DNA of 64,000 nucleotides, from positions 3,636,167 to 3,700,166 of the forward strand of contig MU054001.1 in the NCBI GenBank assembly GCA_013239625.1. The letters are read 5' to 3'. The notes under the pieces are model-generated. The model searched no databases. It saw only the letters and a program-made list of their open reading frames with translations, and was not told the DNA's origin. Positions 49,906 through 63,269 of the stretch are shown here, one piece after another. Numbering within the stretch: the stretch's first letter is position 1; every line of letters begins with the position of its first letter. The position numbers were made by a program, and so were the translations under genes. The stretch is from Lama guanicoe (lineage: Eukaryota).

Positions 49906-52469
49906 GTGAACATGAACATTGAAAGAGAGACAGCTTGCTTCGGGTTTTCTCATCTTCTTTCCTCTTTTTGGTGCTCCTAGGTAAAACTGGGAAATGAATA
50001 ATCAAACTGGAGTACTCTGCCGACACCAGCAAGATATCTGAGGACATTCTGAGACAGCAGGGTAAGTAACTCTTCTATCTCTGCCCTGGACCATGGGCAG
50101 GACGGGCCTGGGATGGGTCTCCTTTGGCTTCCGGCTTCAGGGAGGGGGATGGCTTGTTGTGACAGACCTCCAGCTCTAATGGGTCCTACTGACAGGCAAG
50201 GGCCATTGGGTTTGGGGACTTGATCAGGAAGTCATGGGGCTCTGCGCCTTGGGGATCCCAGAGGGGTCTACTCTGAGAACAGCCTTGGGAATTCAAGACA
50301 GAGGAAGACTTCTGAGCGCAGGGAGTTCTCTGGAAAGCAGTTGGCTGGGTGGGGAAAGAAAGTTGAAAGCTAATTTTTTTCTCTCTAGAAGACTGGGAAC
50401 TTAATTTTTGTAAATAAAGTATCCCACTCTGATTTTTAAATTAATACATGCTAACAATGGAAAACTTAGAAAATTCAGAAAATTATATGGTAAAAAATTA
50501 AAATCACCTATAATCTGAGGACCCCAAATTACTCCTGTTTTGATACATCACGTTTCTTTCCAGCCTTCAGCCTATGTATACAAACATAAAGTTAGCCTGT
50601 CTGGTACCTGCTTTTTCATTTAACACTGAATAATAGACATTGTCTCATACCATTAAATTTTCCGAACAACACAGTCTCCACAGATGCAGAGTTCCCCACG
50701 ATAGTGATGAGGCTTTTTGAGTGCTGTGAATCAAGAACTTTTGGGCATCCTCGCATTGTGTCCTCGCAACATCCCAGTGACATAGGTACCATTGTCATCA
50801 TCGTCACCACTTTGCAGATGCCATAACCATGGCTAGTAGCATTTGAGAAAGATGCCCCTGGCAGAGCAGCAGGGGCAGGACCTGAACCTGACTAGTCAAG
50901 CTCTGGAGCCCTTGACTCCAACCAGCCACTGATGGATTTATGTCCAGAGCCTTGCAGAGATAGAGGGGGGAGCACTTCCACACCAAGAGGATTCTGACTT
51001 CCGGTCCCGACTCTTTCCACTTTTCCTGTTCACACCGTCCGTCTTGGAGTTGCCTCATTTCTCTAATGCATCATTTGCCAAACACACCCTTCCCATTCTT
51101 CTAAGAATGGCTAAATCTCCAGTTTGGAACATCATTGTGCACCAGTGCTAGTTGGTTGGCTGGACCCTTTGCTTGGGTACAGCATTCTACAATGATGCAG
51201 TCTGATGAACCAACTGGCAACACTTTCCCAGAAAAGACCTCATCTGGTGCTCATAACGGCCCTGGGAGGAAGGATATCAACCAAACACTTTCTCAAGTGA
51301 ACACAGTCCTAGTCGAGCTATGTGTCAGGCATTCTAATATTTCAAAATCAGAACACTTCAAGGGGGAAAAAAATCCAGATTTCCCCATTGTCTGGGAAAA
51401 TCAGAAGATGCAACCACTGGACCCACATTCTCACATGGCAGCCGTTGGCTGGAACCAAGAAGAAGCCTGCTTCCACTCAACAGGATGTGCTCCCCAGGGC
51501 TCCCCAGTCCTCACCACTCCCTATTGCATCACACCCACCTGCTTCATTCATTGATACTACTTGCCCACCTGTGGGAAGAGTGTGAGTTCACCACCCTCGC
51601 ACTAAGTATTTCTGGGAGACACAAGTCTATTCCCATCTCCTCTAAGTAAGCCTTGTTTACCCTCTGTTTACTGCTACTCAAATATTAGCTTCACAAGGAC
51701 CGGTCTGTCTGCTGCATTCTTGCTTCATCCCAGCTGGCCCGAGCAGGGGAGATACCCAGTGTTTGTTGTGTTCATGGATAAACAAGAAGGAGGCCAAAGA
51801 GGTCTGTAAGAAGCAGGCAGTTTCCAGGGTGACACAGCTGAGAAGTTTGATGAACCAACTGGTATCGGCATCCCAGTGGGTGGAGGCACCTGCATCAAGG
51901 TACCTGTGGATGCCAGTCAGGTAGACTGGAAGCCTGGGAAGGCTCAGATGAAAGATAGAACGGGCCAGAAGTCTGCTGCTCCCCAGAGCCTATGGAATAC
52001 ATTTCTCTTAGTCCTCCTCCAGCAGAAGGGAGGGTGGCCAGATTGCAGGCAAGACTCTCCTGAGATCTGTGGAGACAAGGAGAGTAAGTCCTTCCTCGAA
52101 GCTGTTCTTGACTTTGCCAGTTACAAAGCATCCTCTTGCCCTGTCTTCCTAATGCCTCACCACCACCCTGGGGGATGGAGAAATGCAGGTGGGTGGCTTG
52201 CCTGTTGTCTCAGAGTAACTAAGTGGCAGAGCTGAGCTTTCCTCTTGGGTCTCCGGGCTCTGGTCTGGTTCCCTTTGGCACAGAGTCATAGCTGCCTCCA
52301 AGAAGGGGATCTGTGATGATGAGGAGCTGCCTGCTGTGAGCAAAACAGCATCCAGTGAGAGGATGCCGGGGTGCAGGCCCAGAGGCTCTTTCTGCCTCAG
52401 CTTAGAACTGCTGTCATCTCTGAACAGACCTAGAGCAGCTATTTCCTATCAGGTCGAGGGTGTGGGGAG

Positions 52470-52880
52470 CTCGCTGGTTAAAGGTTAGAGATCAGCTGGT
52501 CTATAGCTAATCCTGACTCTGCCCTTTCATTGAAGCTTCAGCAATCTAGTTACCTCTTGGTGCCTCAGGTTTTCCTACCTGTGAAATGGGGAGATTAGTG
52601 GTCCCTGCCCCTCAGGGCTGCTGAGTGCTACCAACACAGCCAGCACACCTAGAGTTAATATTTCCTGAGTACTTATTATGGGACCAGTGCTGTTCTAGGC
52701 CCTGGACATGCATTCATCGTGCCCAGTAAATGCCTGAAGAGCCCGAGGTCAGGCTCTTATGATCCCCACTTTAGAGATGAGGAAACCAAAGCATAAAGAG
52801 CTTATATAACTTGCCCAGGATTGTGCAGCAGTTAATACAGAAGCTGAGATCCAAACCAGACAGCACGGCTACAGAATACT
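52470..52880. mobile_element. Two MIR SINEs in opposite orientation
   Basis: (+) gcctcaggttttcctacctgtgaaatgggg near 52560; (-) ccactttagagatgaggaaacc...aacttgcccagg near 52770. Confidence 0.75.
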
Positions 52881-53919
52881 GGTTCCGCAGCACCGCCCAC
52901 CTCTCATTCACAAAGGGTTCCACTCGTAACGTCGAGTTGAACTGTGTGAAGCTACAATGCCTGTCGAATCTCAAATTGTCCAGTCTCAGTCGTTTTGTAT
53001 GGATCGATGCACACAGGGCTCGGCAAACTCCCCTGATGGAGACGAGGCGGATGAGGATGAGGAGGGCTTGGGTCCAGGGAGGAGGATGTCAGGGCGTGTC
53101 CCAGGCTGCATGCTGGCTTCTCCCCAGGGGGTCCTCGGAGGGCCGGGAGCTTTAGAAGAATTGCCTGGGAGGTGACCAGGAGAAGCGAGCTTTACTTTAT
53201 CATGATACGGAACTAAAAGGGCAGACCAATTAATCATGGAAGTTTCTAAAAGTGCTTTTATTTTGCCATTTAGTATGCCAGCGAGATCATTTCCCTTAAT
53301 GTATACTCCTGGTATTAACACGCCTTAATCCATCACACGCTGTATTATGAAATTACTGTGTTTTACTCCCGGGTCCTGCTGAAGATCATTAACCCAACTC
53401 TTCTCCAGGCCATACATCATCAGAGGGATTACCTCATGGGTCCAGAGACCCCTCTCCCTGGGCCGCGCAGTGGGGCTGCCCTAGTCATTTTTCCTCGCCT
53501 CGCCTGACAGACGGGGCTGTTTGCATTAGTGAGCAGATGGCTCCTGGGTGAGAAGCAGACGTCACCTCCCACTCGTCACCTCTCCTTCCAGTGACCCAGG
53601 TTTCCAAGGAACACAGCCGAGACTGAAGCAGTGTTCACCCAAAACTGTCCTTCCCCTACCTCTCCCGTTGCCCACAGGCAAGCCAGGGGCTGTGTTCTTC
53701 TGTCCTGAAGCCCATCAGGGACTTTTGCTGTCAGATCGCACCATCCTGTGACTCACCTGCTGAGGGCTCTGCTCTGGGGTCTGGGGGAAGCAGAGGGGGG
53801 CCAGAGGCATCCTGCATGAACCGGTCCTAGGGGTCACCCTACCTCATCCATCTGGATGGCCCCATGCCACCCCTGTCTCCTCCCTTCCCCAGGCTGCTTT
53901 GTGGCCCTACAACCTACAA

Positions 53920-54720
53920 CGTTCTCAAAGCCAAACTGAGATGTTGCCTCCATTCCTCTCTTGCTCTGACTCATCCCAGTCTCTCCATCAGTGATTCATT
54001 GGTTCTTCCAACAAAAAGCACCCTGACTCTTCCATTTTTCTCTGTTTCCACTGCCTCTGCCCTAACCCAAGCCTGGAGGACCACAGTCACCTCTAACTGG
54101 TCTCCCTGTTTGCACTGTCATCCGTCTGTGGTATGCTCTCCACCCAGCAGCAGCAGCAGGAAGGAATCTTTTAGAAACACGAATCCCTGGGGTCCTAGAA
54201 TTGGCCAATACTTTGACCTTGGTGCAGCACAGATGCACGCGTGTGAACACTCACTGGGACGCTAACTAGGGTGTGTGCCCTCAGGCGCTCCTTGCATGTA
54301 TTTTATCCTTCAATTGTTAAAAATGGGAAAAAATGCAAATCAGATGAATCCTCCTGCCAAAAATCCTCCCGTGAACTCTCCCTGTCCTTACATGGGGCTG
54401 TGGCAATCCCAATCCTGGCCCCAGGTGACCAGCCATACTGCCCTTCCTGACACCATGTCTGGCCAGGACCCCTTGTTCCCAGGCTCCAGACCCTCCACCC
54501 TTCTCTCCACATCTGGAGCACACAGAGCCCACCAGCCTCACCTGACCTGCTGGTTTAAAGCCTTCTTCCCCCCCATCACTTTCACTCACGTTACCCTGGT
54601 TCATCCTCTTCATGGCACCCACCGCTACCCGAAATTATCTTGGATATTTGTGTGTTACTGACTCTCGGTGGCCTACAAGCTCGGTGATAGCTAGAAGCAC
54701 TTCTGTCTTGTCCATCCCTG
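53920..54720 (+). mobile_element. L2 LINE fragments with a short L1M-like insert (about 54210-54330)
   Basis: tttccactgcctctgccctaacccaagcc...tctaactggtctccctg; later ctacaagctc...cttctgtcttgtcca. Confidence 0.55.
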
Positions 54721-55702
54721 CCCCCCCAGGGCCCTGCCTGTCACTTCCTGGCCTGGCCCTGCCCAACTTTTGTCTGGGGTGATCATACGTGTTACATGTC
54801 TGGGGTGCAACGTGTTACGTTGTTCTGAATCAGTGGGAACACGGGGGTGGGGGGGCAACATTGGCCGTGAGAATGGTCTTGGTGGCCGGAGCCCAGGCCC
54901 AGGCTCTCTCTGCAGGAGTTGAAATGCAAGGCCCTTTCCTGCTCTGGAGTCCTCCGTTCCCCTGAGCTGAACCCTCCCAAGTCACATGATGCCGGACTTT
55001 ACATCATGCAGGCGTGAGAAGACACAGCCAGGCCGAGGGCCATTCTGGGTGACTCCAGACACTCCATGCAGAAACCCAGGAATCTTGGCCTCTTGAAGAC
55101 ACTGGTCTAGGGACAGAAAGGAGCAAGAGGAAGGGTGGGGGCCGGTGTCTTTGGCTTAGCCCTTCACCAGGGGAGGGCAGGAGGGCACCTGCCGCCTGTG
55201 TGTCGCTGGGGTGCTCAGCCGAGTCGCCCACTCTGGTGGCGAGGGCCTGGGTCCGTGGTGGGCAGGCAGGGTTAGGGTGGGAGGAGAGGCCCTCAGGCCT
55301 TCACAGGGGAGACAGCAGACCGCGAGTCTCTGGCCCAGCACGTGGCTCCCAAGTTGGCCACTTTGGAGCTCTTAGCTGAGGCATCAGGGCACACTGGGTC
55401 CCAGGACCCAGGGCAGGTATTTCAGGTCTGTCTTAGTTTAGTTCCTTCCAAAGGCAGATCCCAGCTGGACGCAGGTAGTTCACTAGGGACCTGGTCTCAG
55501 GAAGCACAAGTGAGGCAATGGAGAGAGTGGGCAGGGAAGGAAAGCCAACAGAGGGCTTGCCAACCAGCTGGGATGGTCGTGGGCAACGGGGCTCATTCTC
55601 ACTGGGCCTCGAAATAATCCCCTGGGGGTGGAGGCTGGGCCATTTATCTACTGATTCTCATCCCCATTGGCTGAAGTTGGTTCCAGGGCATGTGCACACA
55701 AA

Positions 55703-55759
55703 CTCTCTCTCTCTCTCTTTCTGTCTCACTCACACATACACACACACACACAAACACAC
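55703..55759 (+). repeat. Compound (CT)n(CA)n microsatellite
   Basis: Directly visible. Confidence 0.92.
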
Positions 55760-56716
55760 TCTTGCCTGGTTGCACTGGCATTTACCCATTCAAGCTCTCT
55801 TAATGCCTGAGAAGAAAAGGAACAGAAAGAGGCCGACAGCTGGGATGGGGTGCGGACTGCCTACCAGAGAGGATGTGGGGCTGCCAGGAGGGGCATCAAC
55901 AGAGGATACTAGGGAGGCACCGTGGTCACAGGTCAGGACAGTCACGTGGCACCTCAAGCCGAGGGCCAGCAGCCACAGCTGTGGACTCAGCCTGTGCGTC
56001 CTCCGGGTGGCTCTGTGTTGCCAGGGCCGTGGACCGCCGGACAGCAGTAAGGCCGAGCGGTGCTCCCCACCTCCCCAACCAGGTCACATCATCATACCCT
56101 TCAGGGCCAATGCTTAGAGCCTAGGTGTGGGAGGAATCCACCCTTAAGTAATAATACTCATCTGCATTTGCTTGCAACTTACTGCAACTGCTAAAAGGCA
56201 TCTTCTCCCATCTCACCCTCACAGAAGCCCAGAGCAGCAAAGGCCATGACTTTCCCACTTTACAGATGAGGATACCGGGGCACCAGGAGGGGCAGTGCCT
56301 TGGCCGACACCACGCGGTGGAGAGAGCACACCAGGTCCATCTGAGTCTGAAGCTCACTCTCGGAGCAGCTGGGAGGATGCTCCCTGCAGGAGAGGCTCGT
56401 AAGCCTCGGGGAGCCCAGGGCGTTCGCCTCATGAGCCACCATTTAATCCCATGAGCACCTCAGTTATCCATGGCCACACTCAGCACCCACCTAAGCCCAG
56501 CAGAGTGTTAAGGCCAGAGCCACACCACCCTTGTGCCCTAGGGAACACAAGCCGCTGGTCAGAAAGGAGGGAGATGGGGCCTCAGCCTGTGGCGATGGGC
56601 CCTGGGCAGCGGCTCTGACAGAGGGCAGCAGCCAGTCCTCGAAAGGCCAGGCCTGAGAACGCGCCACCCAGCCCTGAGTCAGGATGTCACTGCCCCCTTT
56701 CCCTGGATCTCAGCCG

Positions 56717-56757
56717 GGCGTGTCGGCCAAAGCTTGGCGTGTCGGCCAAAGCTTGGC
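56717..56757 (+). repeat. Perfect 19-bp tandem duplication
   Basis: ggcgtgtcggccaaagctt twice, then ggc. Confidence 0.95.
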
Positions 56758-58712
56758 ATTTGCCCTACTCCCAGGGCTGGATTTGACTGAGATGGACGGG
56801 GATTGTCACCCCTGTTCCCTCTCCTACATCTCTGCGCCTGTGCACTCCCCTCTTGGGAAGGAGCAGAGTCTCAGGCAACACCAGGAGAGGCGACTGTGAC
56901 GAGCAGACATGCACGTGTCAGCCAGGAAATTGACATGCTGATGGGTGGCTTTGCCATTAGCCCTTGCACAGACTCTAGGTTTGGTTCCTTTCCCAAACCA
57001 GCAGGGAAATGCTTGGTTACAGATGAATGGCCAAAGCCTAAATCGTTCTGGACAAATTGGGTGAAAACCACACAATGGTCTACAGGCAACCAGGCTTATC
57101 AGTGACCCCAAGTTGCCTTGTTCTTGGAAGAAAGGACATGAGGATGGGCTACTGGGCTCTGTAACACTAACCCTAAAATGGCCTGGCTGGTCGGGGTTGG
57201 AGAAACCAACCAAGGGGCCCGTGAGGAGAGCTGTGCTGGCCCGGGACCGGCGAAAACTTGGCCAGCCTTCTAGGGTTCCCGTCAGTGGGGCAGGTGAGCT
57301 GTGGCTTGGACAGCAGCGGGAACAACCCTGGGAGAGCAGCCAAGAGGCCAAGCTCTGATCGGACCCCATCCTAAATTTTCCAAGGGATGGAGCCAAGTTT
57401 CTTTGCCTCTCTTGGCCTCGGCTTCCTCTGTGTGTACAAGGGACTAATTGTAAAGCAACACATCACTTACAGGGCAGGACGAGGGAAGATGGCATTTATT
57501 CCCTTCAGGTGACATTCCAGAGAGTGAATCTTTTACCCTCAAAGGTGCCCAAACTCATCTTTTTCTCGCCAAAGTCATGGAAACCTCTTACAGTATCGTG
57601 CAGGACACCCTGGAGCCACGGAAGGCCACTCCTGATCTCCTGGTGGTGGCCCACCTGCGCAGCAGGGCCCAGAGCTCAGACATTTCCTGGTCCAGGACCT
57701 TGAGCTCACATTTAACCCCACTGGGTTCCTCAGATGCAAAAGGGAAGCAAAACCGCACCCAGTAGCTCTGCCTCCGGGGATTCCCAATGAATGGATGATG
57801 AATGAACGCAATCATCTGAGCTGTCCCCACATTTGAAATGGTGCTGTAGTCAACTCAGAAGTCAACCCTTTGGCCTGCCGAAAGAGTTCCCACTTTGCTA
57901 GCTTAACCGTGGATGGTGAGTCTTTAAAGACCACCTACGATGGATGCAAAGTTGATCAGGGCCTTTGGGTATGCTCCCTTTGCCTGCGATTCCTTTCTCC
58001 GGGGTCCTCCCTTTGCTCCCCCAACACCAACCCATCTCGAATGAGCCGCTGCTAATTACTTCTAATATGAAACCACGTCTTGTTTAAATTAGGTGTAAAG
58101 TGGGAGGGAAGAGTCCCTAAGCAGAGAAGGCTGTTTGTGAATTAGTTGCAATCTCTTTTGATTCCTCTAGAGATTTTTTAAAAATTCTTCTCAGTTTCAG
58201 GAAGTTAATCCAGAAGAGTTGAAATTCAGGGGATAAGTAGTGTCTTGATTAGTAAGTACCATGCTGTGTATTTCCATAGGGCTCTTAGGAGACTCGAATG
58301 AGAGGATCCACGTGACAGTCCGTTAGGAAGGAAATACATCAACTTGAAGTTATAGATATTATAGAAGATGCTGCTGCTGCTCCTGCTTAACCTTTATTGC
58401 AAACTTATTAGGGTGCAGAGGACTGTGCTGCATTTTCTATTTAATCCTCACATAACCCTCTGAGGCAATATGCCCATTTTACAGAATAACCTGTTCAGAC
58501 AGAATGAGCCTCTAGGCTGAACAGTCATCGTGTTGCCCGGGGGTTTTGAAAATGCGGATCCCTGGGCCCCACTCTAGACCAACAGAATTTTAATCTCTGT
58601 GGGGTGGGACCTAAAAAATATGCATTCTTAACAAGGTCCCACAGGAAAAAGGATGACTGGCCAGTTTGGGAAAGTCATTGAGGTGGGAAAGAGAAAGTGT
58701 AGGTTTGGGGTC

Positions 58713-58807
58713 TGTACTGGGTTGAATAGTGTCCCCCAAAATTCATGACCACCCAGAAACTCAGAATGTGACCTTATCCAGAAGCAGGGTCTTTGTAAAT
58801 GTAACTT
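58713..58807 (+). mobile_element. MLT1C/D LTR 5' part
   Basis: tgtactgggttgaatagtgtcccccaaaattcatg...tcagaatgtgaccttat...gggtctttg. Confidence 0.8.
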
Positions 58808-59260
58808 CAGTCAGTCCTCGTAATTCACAGTAGTTGTGCCCTATAAAGTCACCTCAGATGCTGAATTAGCAAACACTGAACCGTGGCTCCTGGGGAAACA
58901 CAGGTTTAGGTTCCTGCCAGCCCCTTCTCACAAGATTTTCATCAACCGATCACGTATATTTTTGCACGTTTTATGTGTATTTCTGTCTGAAGACACATTG
59001 TTTATTGTATACAGTTGATTAATTAACAGTGAACTCATTCCCAGTGGCACTGTAACCCACGCCTGAACGAAGCTTGTCTGACACACGTATTTTCTCCATA
59101 AAGCTTCCTTGCTCAGAGGAACACTAGACAGCACTTCAGCACTATGCCTGGGGGCCACTTTCAACAGCAAAGTCACCAAAAAAAAAAAAAAGCACAAAAT
59201 TGAGAAAAGCAAGCGACTCCTGTTTAGGAGAGCTGAAACGAGAAGGCAGAGCAGTCTCAC
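58808..59260. mobile_element. TcMar-Tigger element (MER82-like), truncated
   Basis: cagtcagtcctcgtaattcacagtagtt...tgaattagcaaacactgaacc...cctgaacgaagctt...ggaacactagacagcacttcagcactatgc. Confidence 0.75.
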
Positions 59261-59279
59261 CTCTGCGATGCGCAGCGTG

Positions 59280-59435
59280 GTGCCCACCGACGCTGGGAAG
59301 AAAGCATGCTTCACTCAGTCCACCGATTCAAATGCTAACCTCATCTGGAAAGACCCTTACAGACACACCCAGAAGTCATGTTTAATCTGGGAGCCCCATG
59401 TCCCATCAAGTTGACATATAAAATTATCCATCACA
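59280..59435 (-). mobile_element. MLT2 LTR terminal fragment
   Basis: actcagtccaccgattcaaatgctaacctcatc...acagacacacccagaa...caagttgacatataaaattatccatcaca. Confidence 0.85.
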
Positions 59436-61744
59436 GGAGCCCTTCCCAGGAATCCAGCCCTCTGCTCTAGCAGGAAAGGTGCAGCCAGGTTCACACCCCT
59501 CCCCCCCCCCTTCCTTCCTAGATCCACAAAATGTCAGAGCAGGAAGGGCTCAGAGAGACGGCTAATCAGGGATCCCACACTCAGGACCAGACAGGTAACC
59601 AATATGGGAGACTGGACCAGGTGGGGGCCCCAGGGAGGCGATGGTCTGTGGCCCCACCTGGAGAGCAAATGCATTCAGTCGTCATCACTTTTATTGTTGC
59701 ATCAAACACAAAGCACCTGGCAGGCCCGACTCAGTCTTATACCCATCGAATCTAATCCTCTGATTGTCCTGCTAGAAATCCTGACCCCGAGAGAGAAGTG
59801 GGGCCACAGTGGGCCCCGTGGTGAGAGATGGGCAACTTTGCAATGAGAACCCAGCTCTGCCCACACTCAGACCGCTGTCTCTTGTCGATTCATTCATCTA
59901 ACCAGCAAAGTCTCCCCCAGCCAGGCAGGGATGAGACAGTCTATTTCCCAGGAGCTCGGGAATTCTGGACACAGCAGAGCTAGAAGGACCTCAAAGAAAA
60001 CCCCATTATCCGGCAGAAAAACTGAGACCCACAGAGGGGAAGCAACTCTTCTGGAAAAACGGAGGGTGTCAGGCAGAACAAGGACTCAAGCCAAAATGTG
60101 ACTGATTGGTGTGTGCGAGTTGGGAGTGGCTGCGTTTATGTCTCCAAGCCTTCAGTGAGGGCCGAGCAGCAACTGGCACAGAGCAAGGGCTCACACGGTT
60201 TGGGGATGATTACAAACTGAGGGATTCTGCTTTGGGTCCCTGTACGCTGGGAAGGTGTTCTGATATCCATTTACCCTGGGAAGGCATCTGAGCTAATCAA
60301 CATTTCCCCCCCAAATACCCAAGCATTCTATTTCAGTGCCAAGTTCAAGAGGCCCTCTCCAAATTCATAATGAGTATGAAATCAACAGAAAGCAGCTCAA
60401 GGTGAGTCATTCATTAATCATAAACAAAACAGTCCCCGATCAAGGACACATCGGCACAAACCAGAGAAAGAGAAGGGAGGGGGCGTTGCCCAATCTCTGT
60501 ATTTAATATTAACCACGTTATGTTTTTTCATTTGTGTTCTGAGAAAGATTGCTCCCCATTCCTGGCTGTTGTATGAACTCCATCCAAAGTCAATTTTTTC
60601 TTGAATACATGGGTGCCCATGTCATGGGTGCCGACGGCAAGATGCGGGACTTTGGAGCCACAGTCACTCATGCTGGGTGGATGCCCAGCTGGTAGGACCA
60701 TCTCTGTGGGGCCTGGGAAGGCCTCACCCTCAGCCACGTTTTCAGCATTGCCTGATGTATGTGGAGGGAACGCAGCCACCAGTGTCAGAACCCGTCCAGT
60801 GTAAGCTCACTTCTCTGGGGTAGAAATAATAAGCACCCAAGTAACTGAGCAAATAGCCATTTACTGACATGGCTAAGCTGTGGCCCCTGGGCGCACGGCC
60901 TCATTTGCGGGGGTGAAGAGGATGAGAATCGGGGCATGAATGTCCTGTGGCTGTAGACGGCTCAACTACAGTTACATTTTTTCTCCTCTGCTCCTCACAA
61001 GTGTCCCACAATGGAGACAGGTCAAGAGGTACGGTCCCGTTTTATAGGTGGGCAAACTAAGGCTCAAAGTGTGGAAAAACGTCCAGCGCAGGGCTCTTCC
61101 CTTTCCCCAAGCCACCTTCAAAGCAGCATGGCAGGGGGCCCCAGGCTCCAAAGGAGCAGCTGTTATTTCATGACTTAGCTTCTATCCCTGCCAGGGCTGC
61201 TCGTCCAGCTGAGGTGGGAGACTCTGGGCCCTTTGCGCTGGCCATGGTGCCCCAGCACCTTCTCCCCTCACTGGCATTTGCCACCTGCCAGCCATCGGCT
61301 CTGTTGTCTCCCTCCCGCTGGGGAGATGGCTGAGCTCTGCCAAGCCCCTGATGAGTTGTGCAGTTCTCCGGTGAAGGTGGTGGGGTCCCCGACTGGCATG
61401 GTCATGCCCCCTCAGGCAATTTGCACATCGTGGGGGTACTGTGATCCAAAGGTGAAATTCAGGAGTTTTCCCCTAAAAAAGCCCAGAGATGAAGGGGAAG
61501 GATAGGGAGCTGAGGGTAAAATTTGACTCAAATTCCCCACTGCTTGCTGGAGCAGAATGAGGCGGTGGAGCTCCCAGGGCAAGTCTGGTCAATGCCATCT
61601 CAGCAGAGCAGAGGCCGGCCTGGCAGTTGGGGGCTGGGAGAGGGGCAATGACATGGCCTTGGAGTGGACATCACGTGGAAATCCCAGGACATCAGAACTG
61701 GACAGGTTCTGAGGGGTTTCCTTGCCTGAGAGTTCCAAATGTCA

Positions 61745-62120
61745 GGTGCCCAGTGGGTTGCAGTAGAATCACCCAGAAGCTTGCTAAAAATGCAGACAAC
61801 TGGGTCTCACCTTCAGAGATTCTGAATCAAAAAATCGGGGCTAAAATAAATAAGTCCTGGGCATGTCCAGTCCAGCACAGTGACTACAGTGAATAAAACT
61901 ATACTGCGTATTTGAAAGTTACTTAGACAGTAAATCTTCAAATTTCTCACCACAAGAAAAAATTTGTACCTTTGTGTGGTGATGGATGTTAACCATGTTT
62001 ATTGTGGTGACAATTCTGCAATACATAGAAATATTGAATCAATACATTGTGCACCTGAAACTCAAGTAATTTAAAAGATAAGAAAATTTGGGGTGCAGCC
62101 AGGGTGACCAGATTATTGTT
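61745..62120. mobile_element. MER5A-like element split by an L1MA-type 3' fragment (about 61845-62085, +)
   Basis: agaatcacccagaagcttgctaaaaatgcaga...agagattctga; then tatttgaaagtt...ctcaccacaag...gtgatggatgttaa...cacctgaaac; then ggtgcagccagg. Confidence 0.7.
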
Positions 62121-62329
62121 CAGGGCCAGGTGTGATCCTGATGCAAAGCCTGCTGGCAAATCACTGTTCATTGATTTTCCCCTCATTTGACAGGGGAAAA
62201 ATTTAGCCCAGAAAGGAAAAGGGGGGAAAAAGAAAGAAAAGAAAAGAAAAGAAAAGGGTCTTAGCCAAGATCCCATAGAGAAGCACATCTTTCAATGACC
62301 TCTTGATTCCTCCCTACCTCCCTTCACTC

Positions 62330-62510
62330 CTGCATTCATGCATTCATTCAACAAACATTTGTTGAGTGCTTGCTATGTGCCAGGTACTATGTTACATGCA
62401 AAAACAGCCCTGATCTCTCCCCTGCTAGAGCAAACACCCTATTGGGAAAGACCAGAATTGATCAATCACATGCATAAGTGTAAAATGACAACTATGACCA
62501 GGAGAGGCAC
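62330..62510 (-). mobile_element. L2 3' end
   Basis: cattcattcaacaaacatttgttgagtgcttgctatgtgccaggtact. Confidence 0.85.
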
Positions 62511-63269
62511 ATGAGAGGCTGTGCCGGGGCGTTCAACAGTGCACAGTGTCCTCATTGGTGAAATGGGACCGTCTCATCTGCCCTGCTTCCTTCCCCACCT
62601 GTACAAGTCACACAGGATGTTAGCAGGGAACAGATTTTGCAAACATAAAAGTAATTCTTCAAATGCCAGGCTTATCCTAACTCTGATAGACATTCAATAA
62701 ATATTTGTAGAATTGAATTGCTGAATTGAATTATGCTGCAAAAATAAAGCAAGGATTAGCAAGAATCCCCAGCTCCAACCCAGCGTTCATTCAATGCTCC
62801 TATTAATACTGACAAGACACAGGCTGGGTTGGTCAGATCTGAAAAGAGACCCACAGAAAGATGGCCTTCTGCAAATCCCTGAAACGTCCAAGCTGGAGGA
62901 GGGATTCACATATCATCTGATTCACATTTGTCTTCATCTTCACAAAATGAGAAATGAGGCCCAGAGAGGGAAAGATTATTCAAGGTCACACAAAGCAGGA
63001 GTGGCAGAGCCAGACAGGACCCAGGCTTCCCAAATCCCTGGACAGTTGATTAGAAGATGATAGATTAACAGAAAAATGGACATGTCTGGGGTCCCCTGAT
63101 GCTAGAAGCTGTTATTCTGTGCATGGAAGATGCCAAAGTTAGAAATATCTTCCATGTATCAAGTAATGCTATACTGTGGGACCCATCCCCAAGTTCCCGG
63201 GATCATTGCTCCACAGGCCACAGCCAAGAGTAAATGTCTACCCAAGTTCAATAGACATTGCTTGCTTCA

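Noticed and set aside
52470..52880. Inverted MIR pair as a dsRNA-forming element
   Set aside because: Copies are too diverged for extensive pairing, and such pairs are common in MIR-rich DNA
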